A stretch of 64,000 nucleotides of DNA from Cyclobacteriaceae bacterium (GTDB taxonomy: Bacteria; Bacteroidota; Bacteroidia; Cytophagales; Cyclobacteriaceae), in NCBI GenBank assembly GCA_012033595.1, contig JAAUQL010000012.1, positions 7,208-71,207 of the forward strand, in the 5' to 3' direction. This document shows, one piece after another, positions 59,035 through 64,000 of this stretch. Position 1 is the first letter of the stretch, and each line of letters opens with the position of its first letter. Below the pieces are notes generated by a model that saw only the letters and a program-made list of their open reading frames with translations, was not told where the DNA came from and made no database searches. The position numbers and the translations under genes were made by a program.

Positions 59035-59113
59035 CTTGGGAGATTGTGGAGAGATGCCATTTACCCAACGCTCATTGCGTGGCCAATTTTCTGCTGCATC
59101 TTATCGCCAAAAA

Positions 59114-59950
59114 TCAAAGTTTCAAAATCAACAGCGGATAAGTGGAAAATTTGTCAAGGTGCTCGATCAGACTGGTATGAAAGAGGCTTTCCAGAAAATT
59201 TAGCTTTTTATCCAGCAAAACCAGCACATCAGCCCCGGTGGATTGCATATGTTCGTCAAGTCCGGTAGCTACATTTTTATACACCACACGCCTGATGCTT
59301 ACGCGGTCTGAATCGATAAAATGTTCCAACTCGTTTCTGAATTCCTCGAAGATGGCCTTATCTATGGTATTGTCATGAGTGGAGACGTGGAGCACTTCTA
59401 TTTCGGCATCCAGCACCTTGGCCAATGCCGATAGTTGCTGAATGGCCAGTTTGTCCTCTTCCTGATAATCGGTGGCATATACGATTTTTTCGATTTTATG
59501 AAAGCTATAATTGGCCGGAACCGCGAGTACCGGGCATGTAGTATGAGCGATGATGTCCTGTGCTTTTCCTCCGAGATATTTTTTGTCGTACGAAGAATGC
59601 CCCGTAGTGCCGAGTACCACCAGATCACATTTTTCTTCCCTGGTCATATCAGCAATCGTTTCCACTATTTTTCCGGAGACCAGCCGATGGCTACATTTCA
59701 AAAGGCCTTTTTTCAGGCTTAAACGTTCCACTTCTTGGGCAATAGCATTAAGTTTCGCTTCCGCCATTTTCAACAATTCATCATATTGCTCCTTCACATG
59801 ATCAGATCCCACTATTTTGTTGAAGTCGGCAGGAGTGAAAATATTGAGCAGGGTGATCTCGCTTTGTTCTTTTTCACCCAGGGCTACGGCAAACTCCAGG
59901 GCATTGAGAGAAACTTCTGAGAAATCGATGGGGCAAAGTATCTTTTGCAT
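59114..59950 (-). CDS. universal stress protein, tandem UspA domains
   Basis: 278 aa made of two Usp repeats. Each has the ATP-binding-type motif (LVVLGTTGHS in the first). Confidence 0.8.
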   Translation of the reverse strand: MQKILCPIDFSEVSLNALEFAVALGEKEQSEITLLNIFTPADFNKIVGSDHVKEQYDELLKMAEAKLNAIAQEVERLSLKKGLLKCSHRLVSGKIVETIADMTREEKCDLVVLGTTGHSSYDKKYLGGKAQDIIAHTTCPVLAVPANYSFHKIEKIVYATDYQEEDKLAIQQLSALAKVLDAEIEVLHVSTHDNTIDKAIFEEFRNELEHFIDSDRVSIRRVVYKNVATGLDEHMQSTGADVLVLLDKKLNFLESLFHTSLIEHLDKFSTYPLLILKL

Positions 59951-59989
59951 GATGATGTCTTTTTTCAGACCAATTTACACCTTATCCAA

Positions 59990-60622
59990 TTAATATTTAC
60001 TGACCCATGGGTTTTCTTTAATGTAAAAACGCCATGGTTTCAGCGCATCTTCTTCGGCATACTCCACTCCTATTCTCGTGCTGCTCACCACCTTGTCGTC
60101 AGCTATTTGCGGGGCATCCTCAATCCACAGGATATTGCCATCGAGGGGCACACCATATTGTTTTGTGGTGATGCCAAGCGCCTTCGAAAGCACCCCCGGG
60201 CCAGCGGTCAACCTTTTTGCCGGTTGACTCATATTGCGCCTTCGCAACATTTCATCTATTCCCAGTAGTGGCTGCAGGGCTCTTATCAATACCGCATCGG
60301 CTCTACCTGCCACATTCGTGACCACGTTTACCAAATGATGTAAACCATAGCACAGATAAATATAAGCTTTGCCACCGGCGTCAAACATTACCGCATTCCT
60401 GTTGGTTTTGCGCTGATTGTTGGCGTGGCAGGCTTTGTCATTGAAGCCGGAATATGCCTCTGTTTCTACTATGATCCCTTTTGTCAACACACCGTCTAGT
60501 TGGGTGCAGAGTACCTTGCCCAGCAGCAGCTTCGCCACCCGGGTCACATCATCGCTTTGGTACCATGTCAAATCTATTTTATCTTCTACTTCCATCTCGT
60601 TCCCGATATTGGTAAAAACCAC
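59990..60622 (-). CDS. DNA-3-methyladenine glycosylase (Mpg/AAG family)
   Basis: 210 aa with the motifs GIIVETEAY, KACHA, YIYLCYGLHHLVNVV and IRALQP. Confidence 0.85.
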   Translation of the reverse strand: MVFTNIGNEMEVEDKIDLTWYQSDDVTRVAKLLLGKVLCTQLDGVLTKGIIVETEAYSGFNDKACHANNQRKTNRNAVMFDAGGKAYIYLCYGLHHLVNVVTNVAGRADAVLIRALQPLLGIDEMLRRRNMSQPAKRLTAGPGVLSKALGITTKQYGVPLDGNILWIEDAPQIADDKVVSSTRIGVEYAEEDALKPWRFYIKENPWVSKY

Positions 60623-60700
60623 ATTTTTCCATAAAATATCAGAAAGACGTTAAACTTTCCTATTTTCGGAGAATTAATCTAACTAAAACCAAGTATTACC

Positions 60701-61563
60701 ATGAATTACAGTCGAATCAGTCTGATTGCCCTGCTTTGCTAGGAATGTGTTTCGGAAATTCCTTTGCACAAATTACCCTGCCAGCCTCAAGTCCAACTGC
60801 CACGTTTTCACAAAAAATCGGCCTTACCGATGTGAGTATCACCTACTCGAGGCCCAGCAAAAACGAACGAAAAATATTTGGGAGCCTTGTGCCTTACGGC
60901 AAATTATGGAGGACAGGTGCCAACATGGCCACACAGATCACGTTTTCCGATGAGGTAAAAGTGGCAGGCCAGCCCCTAGCTGCTGGTACTTATGCCCTGT
61001 TTACCATTCCAGGCGAAAAAGAGTGGACCGTGATATTCAATAAAAACTATAACCAGGGCGGCACAGGCAACTATAGCGAAGCCGAAGATGCCCTGCGTGT
61101 ACAAGTAGAATCGTACAAGATGCCCGAGGTGACCGTGCAAACCTTCCTGATCAATATAGAAGATGTAAAACCAAATGCAGCTATGCTAGAATTACTTTGG
61201 GATGATACCGTAGTGCCCGTGCCGATAGAAGTTTCCATCGATGAGCGCATCATGACCTCGATTGAAAAATCGCTGAAAGTAAGTCCCGATGCCTATCAGC
61301 AGGCAGCAATTTACTATCACCAGTCGGGCAAAGACCTCAATCAGGCATTGGAATGGATGAACAAAGCCATTGCCCAGTACGAAGCCGACAACAGGAATGT
61401 GTTTTGGGTTTATCGTCAGAAATCTTTGCTTTTGGCAGATATGAAAAAATATGATGAGGCCATTGCCACTGCCAAAACCTCACTTGCCAAAGCCAGGGAA
61501 GCCGGCAACGATGACTATGTGAAAATGAATTCAGATGCTATTGCGGAGTGGGGCAAAAAGTAA
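60701..61563 (+). CDS. DUF2911 domain protein with C-terminal TPR-like region, signal peptide disrupted by one homopolymer indel
   Basis: ORF 60736..61563 starts at TTG. Using ATG at 60701 and adding one T to the TTT at 60735-60737 gives MNYSRISLIALLLLGMCFGNSFAQ. The DUF2911 core is ITYSRPSKNERKIFGSLVPYGKLWRTGAN. Confidence 0.7.
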
Positions 61564-61667
61564 ACTGAATTAGAAAATTGCAATTTCACACCTAAACCGT
61601 CATCGCCGGACGTAAAACCGGGAATGACGGTTTTACTATGGTTTTTCTAAACTGTCCGCAAGTTCTA

Positions 61668-63387
61668 TCAGACACTTGCCGGCTTTTTACCCATGATTCC
61701 CTGCAGCATAAAACCCAAAATCACTACCAGCAAACACCCAAAGGCATTGTACCATAAAAAACCCATGGTGAATAAGCCGGCTTTGCCCAATACATTGAGA
61801 TAATGGACAAGAATAACTATAGCCTGACTCACCAATGCCGCAATAAACACGGCGTTGCCCCCAATACGTTTGAAGAAAAACGCTACCACAAAAATGCCCA
61901 GCACAATAGGATAAAACAACGAGCCGATCAGGTTGACGGCCTGGATCAGGTTTTCGAACAAAGAAAGATAAGATGCGAATAATATGGCGATGATGCCCCA
62001 GAGTAGCGTCATAAACTTGGAGGCACGTAAATAATGCTTGTCGCTGGCTGTTTTGATGATGTTCCTTTTATAAAAGTCGATGGTGGACGTGGAGCCCAAG
62101 GCATTTAATTCTGAAGAGGTAGAAGACATGGCCGCCGAAAAAATGACCGCAAAGAGCAAGCCTACCACGCCTACCGGCAGGTTGTTCATCACGAAAATTC
62201 ATAAAGATATAGTCCTTGTCGTTGGTCTCAGCCTCGGGCAAGGTTTCGCCAATAAGCTCGCTGGCTTTTTGACGGATTTTATTCGATTGATTTTGGAGTT
62301 CGTTAACCTTTGCCGCAGCAGCATCTACTTGCTCATCCGTGCCGTTATCTACCACTTGCTGCAACGTATGTACTGCCTGCATTTTTGTTTCGAAAATAGC
62401 GTCATAATCGCTCTGAAGCGCCTGGAATTCTTCTGCCTTTACCGATGTGGTCATTTCTTCACGCAGGGGTTCATTAAAGAATATCGGCGGCTGGTTATAT
62501 TGATAAAAGACGAATACCATCACCCCGACAAAAAGGATAATAAATTGCATGGGCACTTTAAGCAATCCATTCATCATTAGCCCCAGCCGGCTCTCGGTGA
62601 GCGACTTACCAGAAAGATAGCGCTGCACCTGCGACTGATCCGTGCCAAAATATGACATGAACAAAAAGACGGCGCCGGTCATGCCAGACCAGAAATTATA
62701 ACGATCGTTGAGGTCGAATTCAAAATTGACCACATTTAGTTTGCCCATTTTGCCGGCGATATGCAATGCATCTATAAAGCCAACATTTCCCGGAAGGGAA
62801 TAAATGACTAAAATACCAGCAAGCACCATACCACCCATCATCACGGCCATTTGCTGTTTTTGTGTTTGAGTCACTGCTTTGGTACCACCCGAAACGGTAT
62901 ATAATATCACTAAAATACCGATAACGGTGGTAGTATAACCCAGCCTCCAGCCAAGTAACGTAGAGAGTATAATGGCAGGTGCATAGATGGTAATACCTGC
63001 GGCCAGGCCTCTTTGAATAAGAAATATACCTGCGGCCAGCAAACGGGTTTTCAGATCAAACCTATTTTCGAGAAATTCATACGCGGTGTAAACCTTGAGC
63101 CGGTAATACAGGGGCAGAAAAAAAACTGAAATGATGATCATGGCCAGGGGCAGGCCAAAATAAAACTGGATAAAACGCATACCATCGGTATAGGCCTGGC
63201 CGGGAGTAGAAAGAAAGGTGATGGCGCTGGCCTGAGTGGCCATAATCGACAATCCGATGGTCCACCATTTGGTGCTGTCGCCACGCAAATAGCTGTCCAT
63301 GCTGTGGGTGTCCCTGGTTCGCCATATCCCATAGGCTACGATGGAAACTAGGGTGGCAAATAATATGATCCAATCGATATTGCTCAT
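61668..63387 (-). CDS. sodium:solute symporter (SSS) family transporter, split by one indel
   Basis: ORFs 62068..63408 (trimmed to MSNIDWIILFATLV) and 61668..62192. A correction in the A4 run at 62194-62197 gives DYIFMNFVMNNLPVGVVGLLFAVIFSAAMSSTSSELNALGS, the conserved SSS TM region. Confidence 0.85.
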
Positions 63388-63515
63388 GAAAAATACCTGG
63401 TAAACCAATAGAATAAAGCGATAAGTACGACCAGATGCACCATCAGCAGAAAGTAGAGTTTTTTCCAGGTGCCCAGTATTGGAGGGCGGTCTTCCAAATC
63501 GCTTTTTTCACTCAT
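63384..63515 (-). CDS. 43-aa membrane peptide encoded between the phosphatase and the SSS transporter
   Basis: Own reading: MSEKSDLEDRPPILGTWKKLYFLLMVHLVVLIALFYWFTRYFS. ATGA overlaps occur at both ends (63512-63515 and 63384-63387). Confidence 0.5.
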   Translation of the reverse strand: MSEKSDLEDRPPILGTWKKLYFLLMVHLVVLIALFYWFTRYFS

Positions 63516-64000
63516 TTCAAATTGGCTTTTTTCAGATGTGCACGATCGTCGTGAGTTTCAATAGTCCACTTTTTATCTTGATAATCCAAAATATACAAGC
63601 TCAAATTATCATGGTCGAATTGATCCATCTCTTTGATGTGCAGTCCGGTGATCCAGGCGAGCATGATTTTGAGTGCCCGGCCGTGCATGCACAACAGTAC
63701 GAGGTCTTCGGGCTGTGAAGCGATGTAGTCTAAGGCTTCCTTCTGACGTTCTTGCACGTCGAGGGGGTTTTCGCCTCCTTCAAGCCTGGGGTGTAGTTCG
63801 CCCGACTTCCAGGTATTGATGATGTCGATATATTGCTTATTGTCTTCGCTTTTGGCAAACAAGCCTTCAGCGGCGCCCCAGCATATCTCATCCAATCCCG
63901 GCAGAGCTTCGTGCTGTATGCCCCTATCTAAAAACGGTCGAACCGTTTGTACGGTGCGCTGCAAGGTGGACGTATATACCTTCTGAAAAGGGACATGCTG
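63512..64000 (-). CDS. histidine phosphatase (phosphoglycerate mutase-like) family protein, 5-prime end beyond the right edge
   Basis: Track ORF 63512..63964, but the frame stays open to position 64000 (...HVPFQKVYTSTLQRTVQTVRPFL, the typical STLxRTxQT motif). A late catalytic His is present in LLCMHGRAL. Confidence 0.7.
   Translation of the reverse strand, partial: QHVPFQKVYTSTLQRTVQTVRPFLDRGIQHEALPGLDEICWGAAEGLFAKSEDNKQYIDIINTWKSGELHPRLEGGENPLDVQERQKEALDYIASQPEDLVLLCMHGRALKIMLAWITGLHIKEMDQFDHDNLSLYILDYQDKKWTIETHDDRAHLKKANLK

Noticed and set aside
2784-62192. Treating the many split ORF pairs (topA, ilvD, leuA, GH43, DUF1800 and others) as biological pseudogenes or as separate small genes.
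   Set aside because: All the breaks sit at mononucleotide runs and are fixed by one-base changes. Essential genes are affected too. This points to an assembly error model and not to genome decay.
1-64000. CRISPR arrays, tRNA/rRNA genes, transposases, integrases or prophage blocks.
   Set aside because: I saw no regularly spaced direct repeats, no T-loop/acceptor-type tRNA signatures, no DDE or tyrosine-recombinase motifs and no terminal inverted repeats. The accessory region at 27-50 kb shows no mobility genes in this window.

Overview
This is a chromosomal segment with clear Bacteroidota hallmarks: type A and type B T9SS C-terminal sorting domains, many lipobox lipoproteins, FecR/ECF-sigma genes, an HU-DUF4469 protein, and frequent ATGA/TAATG gene overlaps. 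I call about 60 protein genes. I found no rRNA, tRNA, CRISPR array, transposase or integrase. Left part (1-27 kb): housekeeping, glycan and periplasmic redox genes. These are a Kef-type antiporter fragment, GH43, SixA plus a fused AdoMet decarboxylase-spermidine synthase, topA-cobB, a MORN/YwqK repeat protein, GH51 and GH10 hemicellulases, a DUF1800/DUF1501 pair, a Tat-exported Gfo/Idh/MocA + TIM-barrel + FGE-like + YceI + cytochrome c cluster, an AmgK-like kinase fused to a RapZ C-terminal domain followed by a MurU-like nucleotidyltransferase, and a ClC channel. Middle part (27-50 kb): an accessory, envelope-focused region, mostly on the minus strand. It holds a T9SS cargo carrying two different CTDs, an STN-domain small beta-barrel, an orphan FecR-like protein, an IPT/TIG lipoprotein, three paralogous CarboxypepD_reg lipoproteins behind an HU-DUF4469 gene, hydrolases, OMPs, Crp and AraC regulators, and two ECF sigma factors. 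Right part (51-64 kb): an ilvD-ilvB-ilvN-ilvC-leuA operon preceded by a Val/Leu/Ile-rich leader peptide and a four-segment attenuator. After it come UPF0316, a tandem Usp, an Mpg glycosylase, DUF2911, and an operon of histidine phosphatase, a 43-aa membrane peptide and an SSS transporter. The dominant technical signal is about 20 single-base indels at homopolymers that split at least 17 genes, including topA, ilvD and leuA. Most split ORFs in the supplied track are therefore almost certainly sequencing artefacts, and I report them as single genes. All family assignments come from motif recognition by eye; no database search was possible.
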